A model generated the notes under the pieces. The model ran no database searches and was not told the DNA's origin. It saw only the letters and a list, made by a program, of their open reading frames with translations. Of a stretch of DNA of 64,000 nucleotides, positions 45,250 through 59,136 are shown piece after piece; the first letter of the stretch is position 1; each line of letters opens with the position of its first letter. The stretch comes from Owenia fusiformis (Eukaryota): contig CAIIXF020000001.1 in assembly GCA_903813345.2 (NCBI GenBank), forward strand, positions 32,426,001 through 32,490,000, written 5' to 3'. A program made the position numbers and the translations under genes.

Positions 45250-48200
45250 GCTATATGGTATCAAATTTCAAAATCCAAGGTGTACCTTTCACGTTATCCA
45301 AGATGGTTTTGAATTATTTCAATTAAATTAGTCTGAATACGTATTGCTAAGTTTTCGAGAGATTCCACGTATACCCGGATCAAATTTCCCGCCTCTGAAA
45401 ATACAAAGGAAATTATTGATATCATATTATTGAAATGTATATTTACCGTTCGAATATGATATTTATTTTCTTTATTGACAATTCTGTTTGTCGTCATGTG
45501 TTACGTATTCTATTCGTGATGTGTCTGTCTGCAAATGGCTACCTGTTTTTCATACTTTCTAAACTTTTCGGACAGATGGTGAAATATTGGTTCTATACTG
45601 TTTACTTCTTTTCTACATGCCTCTTGCATAATTCCTTGCAGCTAACAATTTGTATAATAAAGCCTCTGACAATGACAAAGTATTCATTGTAACCGGTATA
45701 CTAATGTGGTGTTTTGTACATCAATTTTTGCAATTATGTGTATTTACAACTTCGTTCACTCGGAACGCAGTAAAGAGCTTGTAGCGTGCGAAGATGCTGT
45801 ATTCATACAGTGGCGCATTCCTTTATCTATGGAACTCTTGTACTGTGCTGTCAGTCCTAAGGTATTTGCTATGTCTTCCTTGTGATTCCCCTGATCTTTT
45901 TCCAAAAGACAGACCACCAGGTACATATATTTCCGAAGTACAATCACATTTCAACATTTAAAAGTCTTAAAATATCTAGATATGTTCCTGCATCTAAAAA
46001 AGGCTCGGCTGCTAATAATTAGCTATATAATTATTCATAATTAAAATGTCATTTAATAATTTAACCCAATAATTAGTTGGAATTTGGCATTGATGGAATG
46101 AATCTGTAAATATAATTCCTGCCAACAAAGTTGTAAGAACTGACAAAACTTGCATCTCCTTGACTAGTTCTCTTTTCATTTCCGATAATAAAGTGGTAAA
46201 GGCCGGAAATATTATCATAACATTAATTTGGACATGAAATACATTGTCTGTGATGTACAGCTGAATATTTTATATTTCACATCCTCTTCTGCTCTCTAGA
46301 ATATTCTAACTGTTCACGATCTCCTGGTCATTTCAACAGTGAGATTTAATATGAGAATATTTCAGAAAGGAACCGTCATATTGTTCAAACATAGGTTATT
46401 ATTTGAGAGAAAGGGACTTCTATTAGGGTAACTAAATTCAAGGTATGGTCCCGGATTTGTTGTGTCAAGAAACAAATTAAAATGTTTTCACCATCTGGTA
46501 GAACGGTAACAAATACGGGGTTGATTGTCGATGATGAATATTGGAAAATCAACGTAAAATTTCAACTTCAATTATCTATGTGGACTTTAAAAGATGCTTA
46601 AATATAACTATAGATCTCCAATGGCGTGACATGCAAACTAGCGTGCAAGAAGTAGAACGTTCGGGCCAGTGTTCTATTACTTTGTCCAGTGAAGTTCAAA
46701 AGTTGTCGTTTTCTAAATGTCAAAATGAATTAGGTGTCTACACCTACAGTATGTTTATCATTCCGATTGTTATGATCGCACCATGCATTGTTTCAGTTTC
46801 GTTTCGTTTAAAAAACGATATTGGAGAGGTTAAGCTTTGCATATATAATCGAAACTGAACCTGTACGTATCACTCGACCATATACAAATTCATGTAGCCT
46901 TCTCATATAAATAGCCGTTCAAATCCAGTGTTTGTTTAGACTACACCATAGCGTGTAATGATTCTATAGTATGTCATTGATGCGGTTTTATAGCTGGTTT
47001 TCTAATACATATTTTAAACGAGCTCGTTTCGTAAGATTTTTGGCGCTAAATCATGCATGACATACATCATCGTGCTCAGCAAGAATTCAACTGTACATCG
47101 AAATCAAAATTGACAGCATAGTGTTCAATAGACACGAGTAAAATGGTTCCCGTTGACCCAACGTCAAATATTCAAATCTCCCGTTCTAAACCCGAAACTC
47201 TGAAGCTGAAAGAGTATCTGAAGTAGACTAAGCGCGCATAAAACTATGAGCGCTCGATACATTCCTTTGTTAATTTTTGTACTTTGCGTTCACGGTTACG
47301 TTGTGAAAAACATCGTTAGCTTAACCTCTCCAATGTGTAATGTGTGAACCTAAAAGTTTGTCGATGTTATATTGAACTTTTTTATATTTAAATTGCTGAT
47401 ATAACTGCATGTACAAGATATACAAGGAAAACACTTTTTAAATTTTGAAGTGTGTAATCAAAATATTCAGCATCCAGGAATAAAAATAACAAAAACACTT
47501 GTTGACTTGAAAAGTGATCAATTAGTCTAGACTTAATTACTTTATCGTTTGAGATAACAGATGTGAACGAGGTAGTATGGGTTGGATTTGGGATAGCTCT
47601 TGAAACCACTTCCCTACCACGTTTCCCCATATTATATCTGGGTCTATGCCTTACCGAAGCGTGAGTACCACTTGAAACACGGTGTTCCGCCGCCGATGTA
47701 TTCCAAACATGGCTAGATAATTACAAAGGAAATAACTGGAAATGTAATTGAAATATTAAATTGACTCAACAATTGTTAATTTGTATGCCATATCGATGAT
47801 GCTTTACCACATTGAAAGGTAATAAAGGGCGTAGTATGGTGGGTACGTATAGTAACAAAGCTTTTGGCATAGAAAAGTCTTGGCTTCATAGTTAGTAGCA
47901 TCTATAGACACATTTCAATATATATATCCAATATCTTACTAAAGTTTAACTTTCAATGTAATTCATTTACCATACCATAATTATGGCAATAACTTGCCGT
48001 TGTCAGGGGTAGATGCAAGATCTAAAAATAGGCAAGACAGATTTCAATAGGTGAGGTACTATAGCGAGACTGAATGTTTAGTTGCAGTTGAAAAAATATC
48101 TTATAACTTTTTCTGAGAGTTTTTGGCGAGGCCCGTGAAGGGAAAGCAAATTTAAGACAAGAAATAAAACAAAAATGCAAATTGTAATGAAAACTGTTCT

Positions 48201-48482
48201 GAACAAATTAGGATCTAGTAACTGATCGACATCATAAGAAGAATATTACATGGGTTTAGTTGGATGCACACGCCATTTCACAATTCACACGCCCAGTAAC
48301 GCGAGACGGTACTGAAAGTGTGGCGTCGAAACTTTGAGCCATAACCATTTGAAATAGTTCAGATCAACTATAGTTGAAATAGTTCAGGAAAAGTCCATGA
48401 TAAAACACTTATTGTCCATGTTCTTTATTTCCACATCGTTGTGAGTTCAAGATATACAATCGATAGGGTCTAGACCTTTAAT

Positions 48483-51400
48483 TAGGGTGGTGGCATGATT
48501 TTTTCAAGTACAATATATCCACTAGTTAAAGTGCAAGTTGTGTAGGCCTTGGCTGTGTGATCAAAATGAGCCCAAGATGATCAAATTTGGTCAAAGCGTT
48601 CAAAAGTTACAGCATTTTAAAGATCTGAAATTCGCGATTCCTTTCGTCGAAAATTGAATAAATTATGCTAATGAGCTCATTAGCATATTTCACTTATAGA
48701 TAAAAAGAATAAATATTATTCTAAGATTAGAAATATTTCAGATACCTAGAGAGAAAAAGTTGTGTGATAGGAAAAATAATGAATCATGTCCAAGAAAACA
48801 TGTAAATTAGAGATACAGATGCCCAAATATGGCTAACAGAGCCAAATTTCACTCCGATTTCTGGTAAAATTTGGACAAAATTGGCATTTTTTGTTCCTAC
48901 ACCCATATTTCTGAATCAATTTTACAGAAAATAATGTACTTAGTTGGTTGCATACTATTTTATTTCTGTCAAACCATATTTCTTCTCTAGATAAAAGTAA
49001 TAAAATGCTTGATCTGATCAAAAAATTTCCCAAAAAAAGTTATTTGAAAGGTCTCACCAGTACAAAATATCCATATTTAGCCACTTTTTTCACCTATTTC
49101 ATGATCATCACCAATGTTGATAGGCCTCTATTTTTAAAAATCAGTAAATATCACATCTGCTATTCTAAATTTCCCCATAACTATTTTTTCTGTGAACATG
49201 TGTATGCTCAGACAGCCTCTTTATGCCATATTTTCTTCGAAAAAAGGCTCTGAAGTATGCTAGGAAAACATATTTTCACACAAATTCTAGGTGGAAATAA
49301 GCCCAGAGAGGCCATTTTGTAGTAAAATATGTCTAAAAATACATAATCTAGACATCTTGCACCTATTTGTAACCATGAAAAATATTATCATATCCACACA
49401 GATTCAATAAAAAGTACTATATATTTTTAATTCCTGCTATATAATGATTCAAACATAGCCAGTAGTCAAAAAGTGCCCTCCCTTGGCGGGATTTTGGGGT
49501 AGGGCGATTATTGAAAAACCAAAAATGACAATAACTTTGCCAAAAATGGATGAATTTGCATAATTTTTTTTTTAAAATGCTCAGTAAAGAAATTGTAATC
49601 TTTCTCTTTCTTTCAATTTAATCAATGTGGACTTATTATTCATCAAATAATTATTTTCAATCTTCAGAGGACCCATTTTTAAGGATTTGGGGGTAGGGCA
49701 ATCACTGAAAACCACAAATAACAATAAGTTCACCAAATATGAAGACATTACTGTATTAATTAGTCACTGTATTAATACATGTAATATGTTGGATTTTCAG
49801 TTAATTACATTTTTAAAATGTGTCCATTAATTTACATTTTTAAAATAAAAACCGTGTTCAATCGACAGTCATGTATGTATTTCTCCATTGCAGCTTCCTA
49901 GTCGGAGTAGTCCTATTCACCTTCAATAGTTGTTCCACTGTACATTTTGTCAGCTATTGTCCAATGTTAGGGACTGAAATCATAAAAAAAGTAGTTTAAT
50001 TACTACTATAGTATTTCAAATTCTTAAAGAATTTCAGAAGATATCTTTAAAACCTTTTTTGATTGACACTGTATTTAAGCATAGAAATTGTTTACTTTAC
50101 TACCACTGTAGTGAAATTACTCTCATTAGACATTACTCTCTAGATATTCTCATACATCATAAATGATAAATGTTCACTTTTATTGCGAAGAAGAAAATTG
50201 ATGTACATCATTATATTGATTGGAATTATTACTCAATAATAATCCTATTCAATCACTAATCATATGTACATATTGATCAAATGTTATAACAGAAACAACA
50301 AAGAAATAAAAACAATAACCAACACAATTACGAGAGCGAAGAAACTGTTAACAGACAGGCATATCATGAAAATGTACATAATATCTTTGTTATGGTCCGC
50401 GGCATTTTAGAAAGTCAATCATTTATACATTACAATACATTTTTAGTCAATTCCAATCTGTTTTTTAATCTAAACCATAAATGTACAAATGCAATAAAAC
50501 CAAGGCCTTTGAGAAATTTGGCCAAATTCAACATGGACTAACCAAATTGATCAAATATGTTGTCTCTTGGAAGGGCACTATGATTAGCTGGCATAACTGG
50601 GGAAGAAGGGGTGCATGTACCTACTAGTAATTCATTTCATGCTACTAGAAAATTTACAAACCTTTATGTAGTTTGATGTTATTGTAGATCTTGTTTACTT
50701 GTATAATGCTTATGTCTCACAGTCTGATTGTCTGTATTTCTATAAAGTAAGAGGGGAAAATGTATTCTACGCATGTATTTTTTATGGATTACTTCTTACA
50801 CTGTGACAAGGCAGGCTATTATAAGACAAATAATCTGGGTACAATCCGAAATAATTGCATGGGCGTAGCGCTATTTTAATGAGTAGTACGCAAACTCGGA
50901 AACATAAGTTCAGGGAGGTCCGGGGGTTCTCCCCCAGGAATATGTGGGAACTTGGTTGTATTTTGGAGCATATTTGCAATCGTCTGGTATGCTTGTGCGT
51001 ACCAGGTGCTACGCCAATGAATTGGTGAGATTCTTTTGTTTTATAAGAGCTTGGTGCAAGACTACATGTAATACAGTGTGAGTGTACAATGTATGTATAG
51101 ACTCTAGAGTAGATCTACATGTACATGTAGGCTATGTTTGAGAAACAATAGATTCTAAAAGCTGAGTGATGTAAATGAAATGTGATTAGAATGTGATGTC
51201 AATTTTCTACAGAAGTCGATCATGAACTGTGAGTACATGCTGCTGCAGGCATGACTTCAAAATCACGCAAAAGCAAGTGACATTTCACCTTTTCCTGGGC
51301 CTCAGATACAACTTGTAAGCCAATTTTCAAATTGAATTCCAAAATATAACTTGTGAAATTGAACCTCATTTATCTGTTTATGAACTTTGTTTATGGCATT

Positions 51401-52289
51401 AGCGTTGCAAATTGTCTAATACTTTCATCTAGAACATTTCATGATTATTATAAACCTAAATCTTATTCATACTTTATTAAAATACTTACAATTGTAATGT
51501 ATCCAAAAAACATCGGAGGAATAATTTTGCTTTAGTTATGATTCAAAATGGCTTTTGGGAAACCCCTCTAGCTGATCACGTCACGTGATTGGATTCTCCG
51601 CATTCCAGTATTCTAATTGGTTAGTTCATGGTGTGACGTCAACCAGGTCATTTGAGGTCAGATTATACATAAAAAATGGCTTGAACATAAAAATGTGTGC
51701 TGTGTTTAGGTTCCATTCCGCACCACCAAATAGGTAGGACTCAATAAACCACTGCAATATTTGATTAGAAGACATTATTGGCTACATCAGAGTCTTTCCG
51801 TTTTTTAAAAGGACAAAACATAAGTCATGTTCCGAGGTGTGCAAACTTTTCCTTTGAATGTTTTCTTAGAAAATCATATTTTCGATCAAGAACCAGAAAA
51901 AAACGGAAAGACCATCGTAAAGAAGAGTATATTCCGATTCAGAAAAGTATTGGTTCAAAAATTGTTGATCAGGATTAAGCGTGCGGAATTAGCATAAAAA
52001 AGGGTTGCAAAATTAACGTTTTTCGCGGATGTTGTTATTTTTCAGGACAAGTACGTCACAAATTTATCAAGTTTAGTTGACTGCTCACTTTCAATATGTT
52101 ATTTCTCGGTCAATTCTTTTTAGAAAATTACAAAAATAAATATTCCGAGAGACAAAAAAATGCTTGTTTCATTGATATTACTTTTATTCCAAACAACACA
52201 ATATTGAGGAAGTTATGGTGTGTTAAAAATGGCCCAAATGGGAAAAATACGTCATGTCAGGGCTTTCCGCGCCTATTGTCACCACCCTA
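48483..52289. mobile_element. 3.8-kb non-coding DNA-transposon-like insertion with 10-bp TIRs and 7-bp TSD
   Basis: tagggtggtg / caccacccta termini. ctttaat at 48476-48482 and 52290-52296. Confidence 0.65.
50858..51019. mobile_element. Small hAT-like MITE with 5-bp TSD
   Basis: catgggcgtagc / gctacgccaatg. aattg on both sides (50853-50857, 51020-51024). Confidence 0.7.
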
Positions 52290-52999
52290 CTTTAATGTAT
52301 GCATTTATAACAAACAATACTGTCCATTTTAAAATGACAGACTAGACATTATTATCAACTTGATAAAAACATGTACGAAAGTCAAAATTCAGGGCACCAG
52401 GCTAATTCATGAACATTTATCTATTACCAAAAGGTCTCTTTAGATATACGTGGCTATGTGTGTGCCTGGAAATGACCTACGCACACTTATAGTGCGAGGG
52501 AGTCTCGGGTTAGTGGGAAGTCGGGATCTCCGAAGCCTGATATTTTTTCCCCGGATCTCGGCCGCGGCTGTTTGAATTAATGAACAGACCATTGTCATCA
52601 TTACGGAAGTCATGGTGTTGTATTCAATATCCATTTAATTTGCTCATACAGCGTGATTCCCCAAAACACATTCTTTTCTTATGATCAATGGTTTATCATT
52701 TTACGTAGGATGGTGAACGCCATCAAGTTTTGTTCAATCAATTATTGTTGTCAAAGGGAATTTGGCACACCTGTAATAACGTGGTCACATACAATACCAT
52801 CTATTAATTTTCGAGCAGTTATTACAAAGTACCTATTTGAATGAATCATAAATCCTTCATTATGTTTTAAGATTATGTTATTAATTATATGGTTTCCATA
52901 TCATATTGTTAACCATTTCTCAAAATCACAGCCATATCATTTTAAACCATATACACAGTTAGTACGTATTGCAATACTATCTTTAAGAATAGCATCAAG

Positions 53000-53215
53000 T
53001 TAGTGCACGAGCGTTGTGTGCAAAATGTATGTTGATTGTGTACCTCCCTCTGGTCGCGTGCCACAACTTTCTGGCCAATCAGTCCGACTATGACAAAGCC
53101 AACATAATAAGATATGCGTTCTTGTCTCTGATTGGTTTACAGTGTTGGAATCCGCTAAGAAAACCTGGACCAGATATGGTATTTAAACATTTCCCATATT
53201 GTCAAAGCTCAGTCA
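53000..53215 (+). promoter_or_regulatory. HES core promoter with candidate autorepression sites
   Basis: N-box CACGAG 53006-53011. Class-C site CGCGTGCC (GGCACGCG on the minus strand) 53055-53062. CCAAT 53075 and ATTGG 53131. TATTTAAA 53180 and Inr-like TCAGTC 53209-53214. Confidence 0.6.
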
Positions 53216-53275
53216 ATAAATTCAAGAGAACTTTTATGAAACTCATTACATATACAATTCAGGAAAATCTCAATA

Positions 53276-54705
53276 ATGGAGAAAGCGTTAAATCATATGG
53301 AAAATATTAGACCGACTAATGAAAGAAAGGTACGTATACAATACTCATGTTCCTTTTAAATTCTAAGAATCTACTTAATTTAATTTAAAAGTTAATATTA
53401 CTTAGCAAAAAATCAATAATGCAAAAGTAGGAAAATTAGAATTACCAATTAGTGTGAATAAAATAGGATATATAGGTAATGTCCCATATCATATAAATAC
53501 AATTTTCATTTTTTAGGCAAACAAACCACTGATGGAGAAGAGAAGACGTGCTCGGATAAATAACTGTCTCGCTGAGCTCAAGTCCATCGTCCTTGAAGCT
53601 TTGAAAAAAGATGTAAGTCAAGTTACAGTGATAACAGCATAGCGCAAATTAAAAAATTGAATTGTAATTTATTTACTTATTTATATAACAATAACAACTT
53701 ACTAGACTAGTGTACATACAAAGTATATATATATATCCAGCTTATTTAAAGTTTTATGTTTTGCTGTAATATATAATTATAAGAAAATCTCAATAAATGA
53801 CCTAAAGTTGGACAGTATATTGAAATTGTGAATTGATCGATCTCATCATTGAATGTCTTTTTCAGCCTGCCCGGTATTCTAAACTTGAGAAGGCTGATAT
53901 TCTGGAGATGACCGTCCAGTATTTACAGACCGTACACAAGCCACCTGTTGACTCTGCTGCGCCTTCACAAGCGCCATCTAGGCACAGTCCTGACATGTTT
54001 GAGAACTATTCAATGGGATACAACTCTTGCGTTCGCGAAACCATACGATATATGGACACTATAGATGATGGTATCGATGTAGAAATGAAGGACAGAATCA
54101 GTGGACATTTATCTAAGCGCACACAAAACGTTGATTGTCGTTCAGTGTCCCCCTCCGTACAGAAACCTATATCTATTGACATTCCTAGCTCTCCCATGCG
54201 TGGATCACTGATCACGGAAAGAACAAACAGTGAACAGATGAACGCAATGGCGCAACACAACACTGCGCACGCACATGAAGTAAGTCCCGTCACAACAATG
54301 GCTTTGAAATTAAACGACGTAACGATAATGCCATCTCACTCTGGGTCGACTTCTGCAGTACCAATCAGTTTTTCTCAGAATGGACCGACATCATCTGTCT
54401 CTCCCTTGACTCTCACAACGGGGCAAATGGCTTATTTGATTGTTGGCACCACAAATATAGTTCCTGGAGCACAAATAACACCGACCAATACAATGGTTGT
54501 AACACCTGTGACATCACAACCACATCACGCCTTTAATCTGCAACATGGAAGAACTAGTCAATCAAAAAACAATTCGACAACAACGCCATCTATTAACATG
54601 AACAATATGCCAGTATTCCTAGACTCAAACGAAAATCATACGGCTTTCAAAAATAAGAATATCTGTAACTATGGCGATGATAAAGATGTCTGGAGGCCAT
54701 GGTGA
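53276..54705 (+). CDS. hes: Hairy/Enhancer-of-split (HES) bHLH-Orange repressor, 329 aa; exons 53276-53329, 53517-53612, 53866-54705
   Basis: Spliced translation [70 protein letters not shown]. Orange domain [22 protein letters not shown]-terminal WRPW. GT-AG phase-0 introns; AATAAA at 54889. Confidence 0.96.
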
Positions 54706-55073
54706 TTATTTTTATTAGGCCAAAATAATTTTGAAAAAAGGTTTTCCCTGTGTGGTAGATACTGCTGAAACTGTTGAAACATAAATCAGGTCAACAATAC
54801 ATGTGTACTATCTGCTGATGAAGTCACAAACTGCTGTAATGTAAAAATATAATAACATATATAATTTTTCGAATAGAATATTTTTTCAAATAAAATAGCT
54901 CTTAAACAAAGGTTCTATTTATTTCATTGTTAAATGCATATTTAATGTCGAGTATTATGTCTGCTTGCCACTTACAGGTTAATTATCTCGATAGCGAATT
55001 AGCTTTGGAAAATCCCTGTCCAAATGAAAAAAAGGTTTGGCCATGGTAATTTTCAGATGAAAACAGGCATATA

Positions 55074-56535
55074 CGAGGGGGTATCATTAATTAGTGAGAC
55101 AAGTACCATAACTTTTTCAAATTTGCTTCAATTGCATTGATATTTTCACCAAATAACATCTTGGTAGTATGCTACATCCTCATGTAGTTTGATTAGTTAA
55201 CTCTATCATATAGTGGTTTAAGAGATTTCTTTGTGACGTCATGACCAGTGACCCGGAGCAGTTATAATATAAAAAAACTTCAAGATTTTACGTCAAATTT
55301 TCCAATTTCTCTATACTTCATGACTTTATGGAATATGTACTAGTAAGTATAGTGCCATCTAAGCATACATGCCTAACTATCATATAGCTTGCAAAGTTAC
55401 ATCTTTTCAAAGTATTCTCCACGGCATCTGATACACTTTCTACATCTATCAATTCATTCCTGGTATGCGTCCCTACACCCATGAGCCCACAGCTCATTCA
55501 TTTTAGTTACGACTGCCTGCTTTAGTTGATCTTCATCAGTGAAATGTGTAACAGTCCTGGCCTTAATTGGGGCTGGTTCCCCCTTTCTCCTCCATACTGA
55601 TGATTGTCGTTTAGACTCTGGTGTATAGAACGATAATAAAGTTTCATCTCCTATGATAATCTGCTCTAGAAAAGAAATGCCGTCTTTCTCATAACGTGCG
55701 AGGAATTCTTGACAAATCCTGACTCTTTCTGCTTTCTGCTCTCCTGTAAGAAGTCGGGGTACCCAACGTGCGCTAACACGAGTCATAGATAGCTCTTGGG
55801 TTAGAATCTTTTGAACTGAGGAATATTTGAGTCCAGACATAATACAAAGTTCAGTAATAGTGTGTCTACCATCCATAGATATCATATCTTCAATAAGTTT
55901 GATGTTTTCTGGAATCACGGTATCAGCTTTGCGACCACATCTGGGAGCATCAAAAACAGTGTGGTTTCCATTATCTTTAAATGTAGAATACCACCTGTAA
56001 ACAGTTGACCGCTTCACTTTTCCTGTCCATACACCTCATGTAGGCCCCTTAGTGCTGGAATACCTCTGATTGCATTGTATTTTATAACAGATCTTATGTT
56101 AACATTGAGTTCTTTGGAATTCATCCCTATTTTGGCCAATTTTGCTCCACCCTAAAGTACTGCAAAATGGCCGTGTCTCTGATGTCACAGCCATGTGTGA
56201 CATCATGTACTAGAGATGACATCATAATTGGTTGTGTTGTCATAACAACCACCTCAGGGCACTGTGTAAACCAAATTTGAAAAGAAACTGTCATTTTGTA
56301 AAAAATTACATAGTAAAAAGTGCCCTTGTTTCTGGTAATTTTTTAGCTGCTCCACCAACCCCTAGCAACCGTTGCCATGGTAACCGCTGTTGCTAGGTAT
56401 CTATGAAAATAAATTAATGAGTGTGTTCATTCAATACCCTATTCCCAAGGGCATATACCTACCAAGTTTTATTGCAATTGAATGAATATAAGATGCTGCC
56501 TCAAAAAAGTCTCACTAATTAATGATACCCCCTCG
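55074..56535 (-). mobile_element. Mariner element with perfect TIRs and an internally deleted, defective transposase
   Basis: TIR CGAGGGGGTATCATTAATTAGTGAGAC with TA TSDs. Motifs WVPRLL, IIIGDET..YTPESKRQS and KCIRCRGEYFEK. Frameshift near 56017, premature TGA at 55454, and the second and third catalytic Asp region is missing. Confidence 0.93.
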
Positions 56536-57205
56536 TACACTTCTCTTATGCAAATTTATAAACGTGTACATGGACGAACGAGTTTTGAAACTCTTGTCGG
56601 CGCCCCCCCCCCTTTAGCTATACCGTGGTGGTAAATATGAGAGAAAGTCGACCTTAAATTCTTTCATGTTTTATAGTTCATGACCTTTTATAGATATAAC
56701 ATGCACGAATATGACTTGATGCAGAAGCAGGAAGTGTTAAGATTCAGAATTTCTATCACTAATTCACATTGTGCGTCATACATATGTGGGCCCACTAAAC
56801 TTTAACACTGGGTACCGCAGTATTCTCATAAACCACTTTTTCCAGGGCACTTTTTAGGCCTAAAACGTTTATAGAAAGGTAATGTTAAATATTCAGTAGT
56901 AATTTAATATTGATTTCCATATATTCAACCAATATATATATATATATATACTGGCATCATTGGTGAATGTAACATTGACCTTGATTGACCTTTCATCATC
57001 ATATTGTGATGTTATATACTTATAAAAATTACAATATGCTTCCATTGCCAGAAAATTATGGTGATGCTTTCTGCTTGTAAATATTCAAATATTGTATTAT
57101 TGTTTACCACCAAATGACATTCTGATACTCAAAGCATCTTTCTGTTTCACCATCTCAGGGCTGAGAAGAAATGAGATGTCATGGTTTATCATGATGACCA
57201 AATGA

Positions 57206-57345
57206 TGCCTAGGTCACATTTGCTGCGATTCATCGGCCGGCGCCCGGCTGATTGAGTATTTTGTTCAAAATTGAATATATTTCTGAACAAAATACTCAAT
57301 CGGCCGGGCGCCGTAGTGAAAATCGGAGCAAATGTGACCAAGGCA
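57206..57345. mobile_element. Short palindromic MITE (Harbinger-like)
   Basis: tgcctaggtcacatttgc / gcaaatgtgaccaaggca, with an internal repeat atcggccgg(g)cgcc. Confidence 0.7.
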
Positions 57346-57399
57346 TTAAGGTGAGCAATGCCTCCCGTATGGATACGGTCGTAATTTACGTAATTAACA

Positions 57400-57610
57400 T
57401 TGAAGATAGACCCAGAAACCCCTCCTTGAAGGAGCCCTGTGTTCTTTAATGTGTTCTTCTACATAGACATACAAGTACACACCACAGCCTTTTGTATGAG
57501 TTGTGGACCACTCAGTCAAACACCCTGAAGTACTTCACGCAAACAAGCAAATTAAGTCTTGCCTGAACCGGGGATAGAATCCGGGACCCAGAAGAAGTGA
57601 GTAGCTCCAA
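57400..57610 (-). mobile_element. Degenerate tRNA-derived SINE fragment (tentative)
   Basis: ccgggatagaatccgggacc is a reverse B-box-like motif, followed by a SINE-core-like tctttaatgtg..tacac segment. Confidence 0.35.
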
Positions 57611-58097
57611 TAATACTATCATATTCTATCTTATTCGGGGATTCCCCTTAGCCATCCCATATGGTCATACAAGCCTTATGTGGATCTATCACGTGACATT
57701 CAAAATGGCGGACAACGGTCAGTTGGATTCCTATATGGTCATGTAAGCCTTTTATGGATCTAGCACATGGGTACCACGTGATCGAATATGAAGGCTGAAC
57801 TTTGGGAGATCTCCCCCCCTGTCGGGACCCATTGCGCATTGCGGGTGGAATAATGATTGACTTAATTTGGACTGTCAGATGTGGATTTACATTTTACGAT
57901 CTAACGGGATCTCTTGACAGTTACCTAATATGGTGTTTGGGCAACGAATGTGACATTTTCCCTTGATAACCGAATGCAATTTTTTGTCTGCCAATGTCAC
58001 CTCAACCTAATATGATTTCTTAACCGTTAATGTGATATTGACCTTTGGTGACGTAATTTATGATTTCTGGACAGAATATGAGACATAGTCTAATAAA

Positions 58098-59136
58098 GGA
58101 GCTGGTAGCACACTATAGCGCAGCGATATTTGACCTAACATTAACATACCTACATATGTTCCCTAATGATTTTAATTATAACCGTTTAATATACTTCCGG
58201 CTTTGAGGCTGAATTATGCCTGCCATTAACAGAGGTCAAAAAATTACCGAAAAATAAAATCCCAATTTTTCACAATTTGGAGTACACAATGCAACAGAAA
58301 ATGATTTTAGATATATGATTTAGGTTTCTAAGCTATGAGTTTGAGGTTATTTTTCTTATCAATACCATTATGTAATCAGTGTATCAACGTTTTGTATTGT
58401 TTCTCAGGTATGAATAAGATAAATGCTACAAATGAATCACTTTTATATTAGAATGACAAATGCTTAAATTATGCTAGTTTTTCACAAAATGGGTCTCAAT
58501 ACGTTTTGAGATATGGACTTGAATTCAGCGGTGAGTATTATCAATAAAAGAGTATTATCAATAAATTGCTCTTCCTTGACTAATTGGTACTATAGCTAAA
58601 ATTCTATTTCTCGTAAGCTCAGTTGCTTATAAAACAACCATCAAGACTTGCTCGAATTCATTGAGAAAAGTCGTTATCATTATCTTCCTAAAATTTGATT
58701 GTATCCAGCGGTAAGGTCAAAAAAAGAAACAGCCATCAGAAAACTTGATGATAGCCACAAGTAACATCGAGGAAGAATTGAAAGGCGTTCGATTGCATAT
58801 TACTCTAATTGATTATCAGACATGCCCTTGGAATATATGAACATTCCAATACCTCTGTAACATTTAATTAGATATCTACAGTAAAATTATAGTATATTTT
58901 TACATTATGATAATCTATTTTGTGTTCGTATGTTTAGAATAACGGTCTGTGTATTATAAAATGTATAAAAGTTTGAATCAAAATATTTACGTTTTTTGAC
59001 CCCTTGTGTTGAAAGACATTTTTTGACCCGAAAGCCGGAAGTTTTTTCAGCAAATGGTATTTAAAAAAAATCAAGACATATACACCTTCGTAAATATTGC
59101 TTCAAATGTTGCTGCGCTATGGTGTGCTACGGATCC
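58098..59136. mobile_element. Old non-autonomous DNA transposon with ~35-bp imperfect TIRs
   Basis: gtagcacactatagcgcagcgatatttga versus tcaaatgttgctgcgctatggtgtgctac. Confidence 0.65.

Noticed and set aside
52300..53275. Su(H) paired site in the HES promoter
   Set aside because: Only isolated imperfect matches (agtgggaa ~52512, ttcccata ~53191), not the inverted pair.
53833..53865. N-terminus of the 290-aa ORF in the ORF track
   Set aside because: Intronic; the exon starts after ttttcag at 53866.
54706..54900. K-box, Brd-box or GY-box miRNA sites in the HES 3' UTR
   Set aside because: TGTGAT, AGCTTTA and GTCTTCC not seen before the poly(A) signal.
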